DNA from: an uncultured Gemmatimonadaceae bacterium | GTDB lineage: Bacteria > Gemmatimonadota > Gemmatimonadetes > Gemmatimonadales > Gemmatimonadaceae | Assembly (NCBI GenBank): GCA_963792685.1 | Contig: CAWBWW010000001.1 | Coordinates: 882,460 to 946,459 of the forward strand | Reading direction: 5' to 3' | DNA length: 64,000 nt | Shown: positions 31,338 to 40,370 of the stretch, one piece after another | Position numbering within the stretch: the first letter of the stretch is position 1 | Layout: each line of letters starts with the position of its first letter | Position numbers and translations under genes: made by a program | The notes under the pieces: generated by a model | Seen by the model: only the letters and a program-made list of their open reading frames with translations | Databases searched by the model: none | What the model was told of the DNA's origin: nothing

Positions 31338-32663
31338 ATGATCGGCATCGGCGCAGTCATTTTTTTCTTCATTGTCTTCCTCGCGGCGGTCACGATCGCC
31401 AAGACGGTCAAGATCATCGGCCAGGCCGAAGTGATGGTGATCGAGCGCTGGGGACGCTTCAATCGTATCGCGCGCTCAGGGCTCAACGTGCTGATCCCCT
31501 ACATGGAAAAGGGGAAGACGATCGACGTCCGCTACTTCGAGGCGGATCCAGGTGGCGTGAAGCGCGTCACCTCGGGCTCGACATCGCGCATCGATCTTCG
31601 CGAGCAGGTACTGAGCTTTCCGAAGCAGCCGGTGATCACGAAGGACAACGTGACGATCGACATCGACGCGGTGCTCTACTACCGCATTGCCGATCCGCAG
31701 AAAGCTGCGTACGCGATTCAGAACCTTCCCTTTGCTCTCGAGACGCTCACGCGCACGACGCTCCGCAACATCGTCGGCGACATTGAGCTCGATCAGACGC
31801 TCGCGAGCCGCGACATGATCAACAAGCGCATGCGCGACACGATCGAGGAGGCATCGATCGGCTGGGGCGTCGACGTCACACGCGTTGAGCTGCAGGCGAT
31901 CGAGCCGCCACGCGACATCCAGCAGTCCATGGAGTTGCAGATGCGCGCCGAGCGTGAACGCCGCGCCGCCGTCACGAACGCGGAAGCATCGAAGCGCGCC
32001 GCGATCCTCGAGGCGGAAGGTGTGCAGCAGGCCCAGGTGAGTCGCGCGCAGGGTGAGTCGGAAGCCGCCGTGCTCCGCGCGCAGGGGCTCGCATCCGCGC
32101 GGCTCGCGATGGCGGAGGCCGAGGCGCAGGCGATCTCGCGCATCGCCTCCTCGCTCCCGGAAGGTCAGGCCGCGATGTATCTCCTCGGCATGAAGTACCT
32201 CGAGGCGCTCCCGCAGCTCACGCAGGGAAAGGGCTCGACGATCTTCCTCCCGGCCGAAGCCGCAGGCGTCATGGGCGCACTCGGTGGCATCAAGGAGCTG
32301 CTCGTGCGCGCAGGCGGCGACATTCCGGCCGCACCGGCCCAGCGGCCGCAGAATTCGCCACAGCGTCCGCAGCTTTCCGCATCCGCGGGCGCCCCGTGGA
32401 CGCCGCCCGGCACCCGCGCCGCCGGAGGATGGGAAATAGTCGTGGCGAGAATCACCCGGGAACGCGCCGAGCGGATAGCCCGCGGTCATGCGTGCGAGAA
32501 CTGCGGCGAGTACACGTACAAGAAGCTGGCGGTGAAGCCCGCGTCGAAAGAGGAGCGCGAGGGTGTCGACGTGGCGTGGATCGCGGCGAAGACGTGCGGC
32601 GTGTGCGGCGCCGTGCACGAGATGGGAATCGACGCCGAGGGCGAGATCATCTACGTCGCCTAG
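31338..32663 (+). CDS. SPFH/band-7 (stomatin/prohibitin-like) membrane protein with a C-terminal Cys4 zinc-ribbon extension
   Basis: N-terminal TM helix. SPFH core (…VMVIERWGRFNRIARSGLNVLIPYMEK… ITKDNVTIDIDAVLYYRIADP…). C-terminal …CENCGEYTYKK…CGVCGAVHEM…. Confidence 0.7.
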   Translation: MIGIGAVIFFFIVFLAAVTIAKTVKIIGQAEVMVIERWGRFNRIARSGLNVLIPYMEKGKTIDVRYFEADPGGVKRVTSGSTSRIDLREQVLSFPKQPVITKDNVTIDIDAVLYYRIADPQKAAYAIQNLPFALETLTRTTLRNIVGDIELDQTLASRDMINKRMRDTIEEASIGWGVDVTRVELQAIEPPRDIQQSMELQMRAERERRAAVTNAEASKRAAILEAEGVQQAQVSRAQGESEAAVLRAQGLASARLAMAEAEAQAISRIASSLPEGQAAMYLLGMKYLEALPQLTQGKGSTIFLPAEAAGVMGALGGIKELLVRAGGDIPAAPAQRPQNSPQRPQLSASAGAPWTPPGTRAAGGWEIVVARITRERAERIARGHACENCGEYTYKKLAVKPASKEEREGVDVAWIAAKTCGVCGAVHEMGIDAEGEIIYVA

Positions 32664-33412
32664 TCGCGCCCCAGGAGCGCGCGTACGCCGCTCACATAGC
32701 GCCACAGGAAACGAAGCCGTCGCCCCTCCCACGGCCAGTACGGCTTGTGAGCGTACTGAGGTCCGAACACGGTGGTCAGTAGCGAATCGGGATCCGTCGT
32801 CCGGCCGATCGCGGTTAGTCGGCTGCCGAGCAGGATCGGATGGGTGAATTCGAGATAGCGGGCGAAGCTGTGGCAGAAGCAGAGCGGTCCTTTGCTCGAT
32901 AACCGCCCGAGCCACAGGTCGGGGAAGACGTAGGTCATCGCGTAGAAGATCTCGAGCGACTTGTCGCGGGGGAGGGCGGAAGGCGGGGTCCCGTGCGGGA
33001 GCGAGCCATGCTTCCCCCACTGCACGTCGATACCGAGCTCCCCCTTGCCGCGCCAGTTGGCGTGAAGAATGTCCCCGTGCCAATATGTCCAGAGGTCGGT
33101 TGGAGCGTGGGTTGCATCATAGCCTACCCAGAACTCCTCCTCGTCGGGGCCCTGCGCGAAGGGGGACCAGCGGGCGGCGAGGTCATGCTCGTAGGTGACG
33201 TAGTACGCGATGACGCGGCGGGTAGGGTGCAAGACGGCGACGGTTCGCTCGAGCGGGAACGATTCGTCGGCATGAAGGTACAAAACTGGAGCTAAATCCC
33301 TCGCGAGAGCCGCCGCGGAATCATCCGGCGCAACAATGTCGGGGAGCGATTCGGGGAGCGGTGGAAAGTGGGTGCGGGGGCCGCAGGCCGCGAGCGAGGC
33401 GGCCAGGATCAT
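32660..33412 (-). CDS. Hypothetical secreted/lipoprotein (unknown function)
   Basis: Start at Met 33410-33412 gives MILAASLAACGPRTHF… (signal + lipobox-like). Trp/Tyr-rich; no family recognised. The longer upstream extension of the ORF looks non-coding. Confidence 0.45.
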   Translation of the reverse strand: MILAASLAACGPRTHFPPLPESLPDIVAPDDSAAALARDLAPVLYLHADESFPLERTVAVLHPTRRVIAYYVTYEHDLAARWSPFAQGPDEEEFWVGYDATHAPTDLWTYWHGDILHANWRGKGELGIDVQWGKHGSLPHGTPPSALPRDKSLEIFYAMTYVFPDLWLGRLSSKGPLCFCHSFARYLEFTHPILLGSRLTAIGRTTDPDSLLTTVFGPQYAHKPYWPWEGRRLRFLWRYVSGVRALLGRD

Positions 33413-33538
33413 GGCGGCGCCCAACGGTCTGCGCGCCCACAGCGTTCTTTGCCGTAGTGGCCTTTCTCGACCGAACGCGAGAGGGCATTCGATCGTCTCC
33501 TGAGGTGCGGGAGACTTGTTGAGACTTTGGAGGGGTTC

Positions 33539-33748
33539 ATGCGAAAGCCACGTCCGGCCACGTACAATCCTGCGCAAGCGCTTCAGCTCATTGCGAATGA
33601 CCGCACCGGCGCTCCACTGAGCTGCCCGTCGTGCTCCGGGCGAATAGTTCGCGATCCGGATCAGGTTCCGCCCATCCCCCGCTCCCACGTCACGCTCCGC
33701 TGTTCGAGTTGCGGCCGAATTGCCCGCTACATTGCGGGAGCCGCCTGA
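33539..33748 (+). CDS. Small zinc-ribbon protein candidate (70 aa, CPSC…CSSCG)
   Basis: GGAGG five nt before the ATG at 33539. MRKPRPATYNPAQALQLIANDRTGAPLSCPSCSGRIVRDPDQVPPIPRSHVTLRCSSCGRIARYIAGAA. Divergent from the lipoprotein gene. Confidence 0.35.
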   Translation: MRKPRPATYNPAQALQLIANDRTGAPLSCPSCSGRIVRDPDQVPPIPRSHVTLRCSSCGRIARYIAGAA

Positions 33749-33779
33749 GTTCGCTGAACGCCTGTTCAGGTTGATTTTA

Positions 33780-33971
33780 TCAGCGGTTATACTCAGCAAG
33801 TCGCGAGCTTGGCCCAAATTATGAGATATGATCTAGTTACCACCGGAATCATTTGTTTAGATTTCGGTACACTCTAGATCGACCGGACTTCAGCGGCAAA
33901 TGTTTCGTCGTAAAAGTCTCGGCGCGATTCGCAAAACCGTTCTAGCCCCACAGGGGAGAGGGTAAGGTACC
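33780..33971 (+). promoter_or_regulatory. AT-rich promoter and long 5' leader of the cold-shock gene (candidate -35/-10 near 33784-33808; SD GGGAGAGGG at 33954-33963)
   Basis: A local GC drop in a 68% GC genome. Long leaders are typical of cspA-type genes (established knowledge). Hexamer assignment is tentative. Confidence 0.35.
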
Positions 33972-34178
33972 ATGGCACGCATTACCGGCACCGTGAAGTG
34001 GTTCAACGACGCGAAAGGCTTCGGTTTCATCTCCCGTGAGGGCGGGCCCGATGTTTTCGTCCACTTCAGCGCCATCACCGGCAACGGCTTCAAGTCGCTC
34101 GCCGAAGGCGATCACGTCGAGTTCGAAATCGTTCAGGGACAGAAGGGTCCCCAGGCCGCAGACGTTCAGAAGGTCTGA
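33972..34178 (+). CDS. cspA: Cold-shock protein (CspA family, S1-like cold-shock domain)
   Basis: [20 protein letters not shown]…DVFVHFSAI… with RNP1/RNP2 motifs; 68 aa. Confidence 0.9.
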   Translation: MARITGTVKWFNDAKGFGFISREGGPDVFVHFSAITGNGFKSLAEGDHVEFEIVQGQKGPQAADVQKV

Positions 34179-34212
34179 TCCGGAGTTCGTTTAACTCCCC
34201 AAAGCAAAGAAA

Positions 34213-34245
34213 AGAGCCCCAGCATTGCTGGGACTCTTTTTTTTG
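34213..34245 (+). terminator. Rho-independent terminator after csp (stem AGAGCCCCAGC/GCTGGGACTCT, loop ATT, T8 tail)
   Basis: Seen directly in the sequence. Confidence 0.7.
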
Positions 34246-34343
34246 CCTAGAATCCTGACCCGATCGCGCCCCCGTGGTCGGCACCGGACTTGCCCCTTAC
34301 TCACTCGTCCGGCAGCGCGCTTAGCTCCACCACAGGAGTCCGC

Positions 34344-35222
34344 ATGGCGTCGATCTGGAAGGGCTCACTCTCGTTCGGCCTGGTCAGCATTCCCGTCGAA
34401 GTGCGCACTGCAGTTCAGGAAGACCACATTAGCTTCCGCCAGCTCCACGAGGGAGACCTCGCCCCCATCAAGTACGACCGCGTCTCCTCATCGTCCGGCG
34501 AGCCCGTTCCGTGGAACGAGATCGTCAAAGGATACGAGTACGAGAAGGGCAAGTTCGTCATCATCACCGACGAAGACTTCAAGACCGCCGCGGTCGAATC
34601 ATCGAAGACGCTCGAGATCGTCGACTTCGTGAAAGAAAGCGAGATCGATCCACGCTACTTCGAAACGCCGTACTTCCTCGTTCCTTCCAAGGGCGGCGAA
34701 AAAGCGTACGCCCTGTTGCGCGAAGCAATTCGTTCGACGCAATCCGTGGGCATCGGCAAGATCATCATGCGGCAGAAGCAGCACCTCGCCGGCATCAAGG
34801 TCGTCAACGACGCGCTCGTCCTCGAGCTCATGCGCTTTGCGAATGAGCTCATCGACACCGACACGCTCAACCTTCCCGACGCGAGCCTCGTGCGGCCACA
34901 GGAGCTGCAGATGGCGCAGCAGCTCGTGAACAGCCTCGCGGAGCCGTTCGATCCCACGAAGTACACCGACGAGTATCGCGCGAACCTCATGCGCGTGATT
35001 CACGCGAAGATGAAGGGGAAGAAGATCAGCCTGAAGCCCGAGCCCGAAGCAGAGCGCGACACGCAGGTCATCGATCTCATGACGCGCCTCCGCGAAAGCC
35101 TCGACCAGGGAAAGAAGCGCGGCGCCGTTCGCGCGAGCACACCCACTGCCGCCGCCGGCGAGCGAAAGCCCGCGCGACCGAAATCCAAGACCGCGAAGCG
35201 CACGCGGCGGAAAACGGCGTAA
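34344..35222 (+). CDS. ku: Ku protein (bacterial non-homologous end-joining DNA-end-binding protein)
   Basis: MASIWKGSLSFGLVSIPVEV…, the Ku core signature. Basic lysine-rich C-terminal tail. SD AGGAG upstream of ATG 34344. Confidence 0.85.
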   Translation: MASIWKGSLSFGLVSIPVEVRTAVQEDHISFRQLHEGDLAPIKYDRVSSSSGEPVPWNEIVKGYEYEKGKFVIITDEDFKTAAVESSKTLEIVDFVKESEIDPRYFETPYFLVPSKGGEKAYALLREAIRSTQSVGIGKIIMRQKQHLAGIKVVNDALVLELMRFANELIDTDTLNLPDASLVRPQELQMAQQLVNSLAEPFDPTKYTDEYRANLMRVIHAKMKGKKISLKPEPEAERDTQVIDLMTRLRESLDQGKKRGAVRASTPTAAAGERKPARPKSKTAKRTRRKTA

Positions 35223-35234
35223 CGGCCGCGCACA

Positions 35235-38100
35235 ATGGCTCCGCGCGCAAAGCCCGCGGTCCGGCGCCAGCTCGCCGAGTACCGGAAGAAGCGCGACTTC
35301 TCGAAGACGGCCGAACCGTCCGGCAACGAGGAGCGCGCGAAGAATCACAGGAAGCTCGTCTTCGTCATCCAGAAACACGCAGCAAGTCACCTGCACTTCG
35401 ACTTCCGCCTCGAGCTCGACGGCGTGATGAAGAGCTGGGCCGTGCCCAAGGGCCCCAGCTACGATCCGTCCGTCAAGCGCCTCGCCATGCAGGTCGAGGA
35501 TCATCCCATCGACTACAACACCTTCGAGGGAACGATCCCGAAGGGCGAGTACGGCGGCGGCACGGTCATGCTCTGGGATCGCGGCACGTACACCTCCGCG
35601 CTCAACGAGAGCGATCCGATTCCCGAGCTGCGACGCGGCTACGAGAAAGGCGATCTCAAGATCCTGATGCACGGCGAGCGCATGCGCGGCTCGTGGGTGC
35701 TCGTGCGCACGCGCCGCGGTCCCGAGGACAAGCCGCAGTGGCTGCTCGATCAAGCATCGCGACGAGTTCGCGAAGCCCGGTCACGACATCGTCGCCGAAG
35801 AGATGACCTCCGTCACGACCGGTCGCACGATGGAGGAGATCGCCGAGAACAAGCGCGGGCGCGTGTGGCACTCCAACCGCGAGCCCAAGTCTCCGCCGCC
35901 CGAGGAGAAGCGCGCAGCGCCGGCTGCAAGAACGTCGCGCACGAAAACAGCGACGCCATCCGCCTCCGCTCGCGCCGCATCCGCGAAAGCCCTCGGCAAG
36001 GGCGCGCTCGATCCCATGCTCGCCACCGTCGGCACCGACATCCCCGAAGGAAGCGACTGGACCTTCGAGCCCAAGTACGACGGCATTCGCGTGCTCGTCT
36101 ACGCCACAGCCGAATCGGCGCATTTGGTCACGCGCAACGGCAAGGACAAAACCGCACAGTTCCCCGGGGTCGCCGAAGCCGCGCGCAAGCTCGCGTCGCG
36201 CAGCCGCCGCGCACTCGTCCTCGACGGAGAGATCGTCGCCCTCGACCACGGCACGCCTGCGCGCTTTCAGGAGCTGCAGCAGCGCATGCACGTGAAGGAT
36301 GAGAACGCGATCGCCGGATTCGAGAACAGCGCGCCCGTCGCCCTGATGGCCTTCGATATTCTCCTCGACGGCGACGATGTCCTCGTGCACGAGCCGTGGA
36401 CCACGCGCCGCGCACGTCTCGAGAAGCGGCTCGCGAAGAGCTCATCGCCCGAGCTGCGCCTCACCGATTCCGAGATCGACGCCGGCCGCGCGATGCTCGC
36501 ACGCGCACGCACCGATGGCTGGGAAGGCATCATCGCCAAGCGCGTCGACGCGCCGTACCAGCCGGGCATGCGCTCACGCGACTGGCTCAAGCTCAAGCTC
36601 GAGTTCCGCCAGGAGTTCGTCGTCGGCGGTTGGACCGAGCCGCGCAACACGCGGCAACACATCGGCGCCCTCCTCCTCGGCTACTACGACCACGGTCGGC
36701 TGCTCTATGCCGGCAACATGGGCGGCGGCTTCGACAACGCGGGGCTGGCCGAGATGTACGAGCAGCTCGCGCCACTCGAACGCAAGAGCTCACCGTTCGA
36801 GGAAACACCGCGGCCCCGCGAGCCGGTACACTGGGTCACGCCGAAAATCGTGGTGGAAGCGAAGTTCAACGAGTGGACGGCAGACGGAAAGCTGCGCCAG
36901 CCGATCTACGTCGGCACCCGCGACGATAAGGATCCGCGCACCGTGAAGCGCGAAGGCACGAGCGTGCAGAAATCCGCGAAGACGAGCGCAAAGTCCGCTG
37001 CGAAAAAAGTCGTGCGCAAGACCGCCCGCACCACGGTTGCAGCAACGGCGAAGCGCACGGCCCCAGCGACGTCGCCGTCGCCGAAGAAAACCAAGACCGC
37101 GCCCGCGAAGCGCGCGCCTGCGTCACCGGCACCTTCGGATGCGAAGCAGGGCTCCGTCGAGCAGCAGCTCGAAGCCATCGAGCAGGGACGCGGCGACGGC
37201 AATGTGCAGATCAAGCGCGGAGTCTCCCTCCACGTGTCGAGCCTCGGCAAGGTCTACTTCCCCGACGATGGCTTCACGAAGGGCGATCTGATGCGCTACT
37301 ACGCACGCGTCGCACCGCAGATACTCCCGGTCATGGCGGATCGACCGCTCGTGCTCAAGCGCACGCCGGAAGGCATCAAGGGCGAGGTCTTCTTTCAGCA
37401 GAAGCCGCCCGAGCACGTGCCCTCGACAATCCGTGTCGAAACGGTGGTGAACGACGACGGTGTGAGCGCCGAACGCATTGTCGGCGGCGATCTCACGACG
37501 CTGCTGTATACCGTGCAGATCGGCTGCGTCTCCGTGGATCCCTGGGAGTCCCGCATCGATTCCCTCGATGCGATGGACTACACGATTCTCGATCTCGATC
37601 CCGGACCGCGTGCAACCTTCGAGCGCGTCGTCGACGTTGGCAACTGGGTGAAGGAGGAGCTCGACGCGCTCGGCCTTCGTGCGGCGCTCAAGACCTCGGG
37701 CTCGCGCGGGCTGCACATTGTGATTCCACTTCCCTCGCGAACGCCGTACGAGGCCGGGCTGCTGCTCGCACAGCTCATCGCGACGCGAGTCGCCGAGGCG
37801 CATCCGCGCGACGCGACGGTGGAGCGGTCGGTGAAGGCGCGTCCGCCCGCAGCGGTGTACGTCGACTATCTGCAGAACGTGAAGGGAAAGAGCGTGGCCG
37901 GCGCCTACTGCGTTCGCGCCAAGCCCGGAGCCACCGTCTCGACCCCGCTTCAGTGGAAAGAACTGAACGGGTCACTGGATCCTCGCGAGCTCACCATTGA
38001 GACCGTCCCTGCTCGCATCGTAAAGCTAGGAGACATATGGAGTTCTGCGCTCAAGACGCGGAATTCCAGCGCCGCCATTCGCGCCGCCGCTGACCGATAG
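35235..38100 (+). CDS. ligD: Multidomain ATP-dependent DNA ligase LigD (N-terminal 3'-phosphoesterase, central ligase, C-terminal polymerase/primase; Pseudomonas-type order); one frame break near 35745-35750
   Basis: Phosphoesterase …FVIQKHAASHLHFDFRLELDGVMKSWAVPKGPS…. Ligase …EPKYDGIRVLVY… (KxDG) …EGIIAKR…DWLKLK…. Polymerase …GSRGLHIVIPL…. A single extra base converts …KPQWLL|IKHRDEFAKPG… to the +1 frame. Confidence 0.85.
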
Positions 38101-38124
38101 CACACTGAATCGTCCATTTCATGG

Positions 38125-38733
38125 ATGATTCCCTCTCTGATCCGCCGCGCAGCTGCGGCCGGGGCGCTCGCGCTCATCGCAACGCAGTCGCTGGATGCGC
38201 AGGCGGCAGCACGCACCCAGCCCCTCGTGCGCGTGAGCGGCGTCGTCGATGGCAACACCATCGTTGAGACCGCGCGCCGATATCTCGGCGTGCGCTACGT
38301 GCTCGGAGGCACGACCCCGCGCGCGTTCGACTGCTCGGGCTTCATTCGCTACGTGTTCGCGCTCCACGGACTCGGCATGCCGCGCACGGCGCACGAGCAG
38401 GCCGCTGTCGGCTTCGCGCCCGACGAGCGGAGACTGGAGCCGGGTGACCTGCTCTTCTTCTACGGTGGACACGGCGCGCAGCATATCGCCATGTACATTG
38501 GTGGCGACTCGATCATCCATGCGTCGAGCAGCGGCCATCGCGTCATGCTCGCGCGGCTCTCCGGTACCGGTGCGCACAGAAGCTGGTTCGGCCAGCGACT
38601 GATCGCCGTACGCCGCGTGCTCCCGGCAGCCGGAACCTTCGATCTTCCTGCATCGTTGGCAATTCCGGACCCCTTCGGCAGCGGTTCGGTCGAAGATATG
38701 GCGTTCGCCCCCTCTGCCCCGCTCATCAACTGA
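38125..38733 (+). CDS. NlpC/P60-family (C40) cell-wall peptidase, secreted
   Basis: Signal peptide. Catalytic Cys region …RYLGVRYVLGGTTPRAFDCSGFIRYVF… and His region …HIAMYIGGDSIIHAS…. Confidence 0.75.
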   Translation: MIPSLIRRAAAAGALALIATQSLDAQAAARTQPLVRVSGVVDGNTIVETARRYLGVRYVLGGTTPRAFDCSGFIRYVFALHGLGMPRTAHEQAAVGFAPDERRLEPGDLLFFYGGHGAQHIAMYIGGDSIIHASSSGHRVMLARLSGTGAHRSWFGQRLIAVRRVLPAAGTFDLPASLAIPDPFGSGSVEDMAFAPSAPLIN

Positions 38734-39062
38734 TGACTCGCGATGCCAACGGACCCGCCGGCGATGACACCCGCAGCGACGAGACCGTGCTGCTGTATAG
38801 CCGCGGGCTGCCCGGAGGTGGGATCGTCACGATCGAGGCCGTCTCGAAGGAGACGCCGGAAGTCACCGCGCGCGTGTCCGTGGAGCGCCGCATCGATCCG
38901 CAGCGCCGCGACGGACACGAGCCGCCGGTGATCGCCGAGGCGCAAGCGCCAACGCAGTCCACGGCGTTCAAGGAGCTCTACCAGATCGCGTCGGACAACG
39001 TCGCCGTCGCACGTGGACTGATCAAATGGCAGGCGAAGAAGCGGGGCGAATCCGAGCGCTGA
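38733..39062 (+). CDS. Hypothetical protein overlapping the P60 stop codon (co-transcribed partner; unknown function)
   Basis: ATG overlaps the upstream TGA at 38731-38735. 109 aa; no family recognised. Operon closed by a strong terminator. Confidence 0.4.
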   Translation: MTRDANGPAGDDTRSDETVLLYSRGLPGGGIVTIEAVSKETPEVTARVSVERRIDPQRRDGHEPPVIAEAQAPTQSTAFKELYQIASDNVAVARGLIKWQAKKRGESER

Positions 39063-39094
39063 TCGAGAGCTCCCTTGCACGAGAAAACAGGAAG

Positions 39095-39130
39095 GCTCCC
39101 GGCGCGTGACCGGGAGCCTTCTTGTTCATC
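39095..39130 (+). terminator. Rho-independent terminator (9-bp perfect stem GGCTCCCGG/CCGGGAGCC, loop CGCGTGA, tail TTCTTGTTCAT)
   Basis: Seen directly in the sequence. Confidence 0.65.
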
Positions 39131-39152
39131 CGCCCCTTTCTCGTGCGCGACG

Positions 39153-39521
39153 CTAGGCTCTATTGCGATGCGGCGGCTCGTGTCCGCGCACAGCCGACGT
39201 CGCGGCGAGTGCGCGCAAGACTTCGTCATCCACCGAATGAAGCTCCCGGGCACGCACTGTCGCGACCCGCGCAGGACGATCGGGGAATGTCAGGGACTCG
39301 AGTCGCACGAGCAAACGTGCGGATCCGAATCCAATGATCATGTCCTCCGAGACCAGGCGAGCGACGACCGTGACCAGCCATCGAGTGCCGTCATCGAGCG
39401 TGACGACGCGGGCCGGATCAATGGGTTCAACCGGTGTATATACCGGCGCGCTGCCATTCGCGTTCCCGCTTGGTGAATTGCGGGACGAAGGTACACGGCG
39501 AATGCTGCGGTGAGCGCCCAT
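39153..39521 (-). CDS. Hypothetical protein downstream of the NrtR-like regulator
   Basis: ORF with coding-like hydrophobic periodicity (…VVTLDDGTRWLVTVVARLVSEDMIIGFGSARLLVRLESL…). The overlapping plus-strand ORF looks like a shadow. Weak call. Confidence 0.3.
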   Translation of the reverse strand: MGAHRSIRRVPSSRNSPSGNANGSAPVYTPVEPIDPARVVTLDDGTRWLVTVVARLVSEDMIIGFGSARLLVRLESLTFPDRPARVATVRARELHSVDDEVLRALAATSAVRGHEPPHRNRA

Positions 39522-39550
39522 GTCGGCTCCTGATTTTCCTTAGGCACATT

Positions 39551-39579
39551 CTTGCAACTATAGAATAACGGTTTGCAAG
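39551..39579. promoter_or_regulatory. Perfect 7-bp inverted repeat CTTGCAA-N15-TTGCAAG in the AT-rich spacer between the NrtR-like gene and the downstream hypothetical gene; candidate operator
   Basis: Read from the sequence; the only low-GC island in this neighbourhood. Confidence 0.35.
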
Positions 39580-39628
39580 ACACGGGCCTCTCAGGAGCGG
39601 TCAAGATTCAGTCACGGCTGTGCGACGA

Positions 39629-40339
39629 TCAGGCGCTGAACCGAACTCCACGCCTGCTCCCTCGGCGCTTCTTCGGGGCGTAGCGGAAGAGCTGCGCCGG
39701 CCGGCCGCGTCCCTCGCTGCGCCATTCATCCGTGGGCTCCACCAGCCACGCCGCGTGCAGCGAGCGCCGGAAGCTCGCCTTGTGCAGGCGCCTTCCAAGC
39801 AGAAGCTCGTATATCTCCTGCAGTTGCGTGAGCGTGAAGGTGACGGGCAGGAGATGGAACGCAATCGGTGACTGGTCCAGCCGGGTGCGCATCGACGTCA
39901 AAGCGCCCTCGAGCATCGCACGCTGCCGCGGAGGCAGTGGTGGCAGATCATCCACCGAGTGCCACACTTCGTCGCCCTCCACCGTTTCACTCGTCGCTCT
40001 GTCCACCAGCGCGAGAAACGCGACGGACAACGCCGCGCCCGACGGGTGCCGGCGGTCGTCACCAAAAGCGGACAGCTGCTCAACCAGAGTCGGCGACGAA
40101 CCCAGAGTCTTTTTCGAGATCCTGGCGGCCTCGTCGTCGATCGTCTCCCCCGCGCGGAGCGGTCGCCACGGCAACTGCCATCGCTCACGCGACTTGGCTG
40201 GCGCACGCTCGAGCAACACCATGAGCCTGCGGCGCCCCGGCGTTAGAACAACCACATCTATGGAGGGAGCCCCGGAGGGGGCCGCTGGACGAGCCGTCCG
40301 ACGCGATCCGGACCGTGCGGCCGAGGTGCGAGAAGCCAT
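39629..40339 (-). CDS. NrtR-like regulator: N-terminal (degenerate) Nudix domain plus C-terminal winged-helix DNA-binding domain
   Basis: Nudix-box remnant …RAGETIDDEAARISKKTLG…. C-terminal …LPVTFTLTQLQEIYELLLGRRLHKASFRRSL…, characteristic of the NrtR wHTH. Confidence 0.55.
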   Translation of the reverse strand: MASRTSAARSGSRRTARPAAPSGAPSIDVVVLTPGRRRLMVLLERAPAKSRERWQLPWRPLRAGETIDDEAARISKKTLGSSPTLVEQLSAFGDDRRHPSGAALSVAFLALVDRATSETVEGDEVWHSVDDLPPLPPRQRAMLEGALTSMRTRLDQSPIAFHLLPVTFTLTQLQEIYELLLGRRLHKASFRRSLHAAWLVEPTDEWRSEGRGRPAQLFRYAPKKRRGSRRGVRFSA

Positions 40340-40370
40340 GCCGCTATTTAGTCGCTAGTCGCGACTAATG

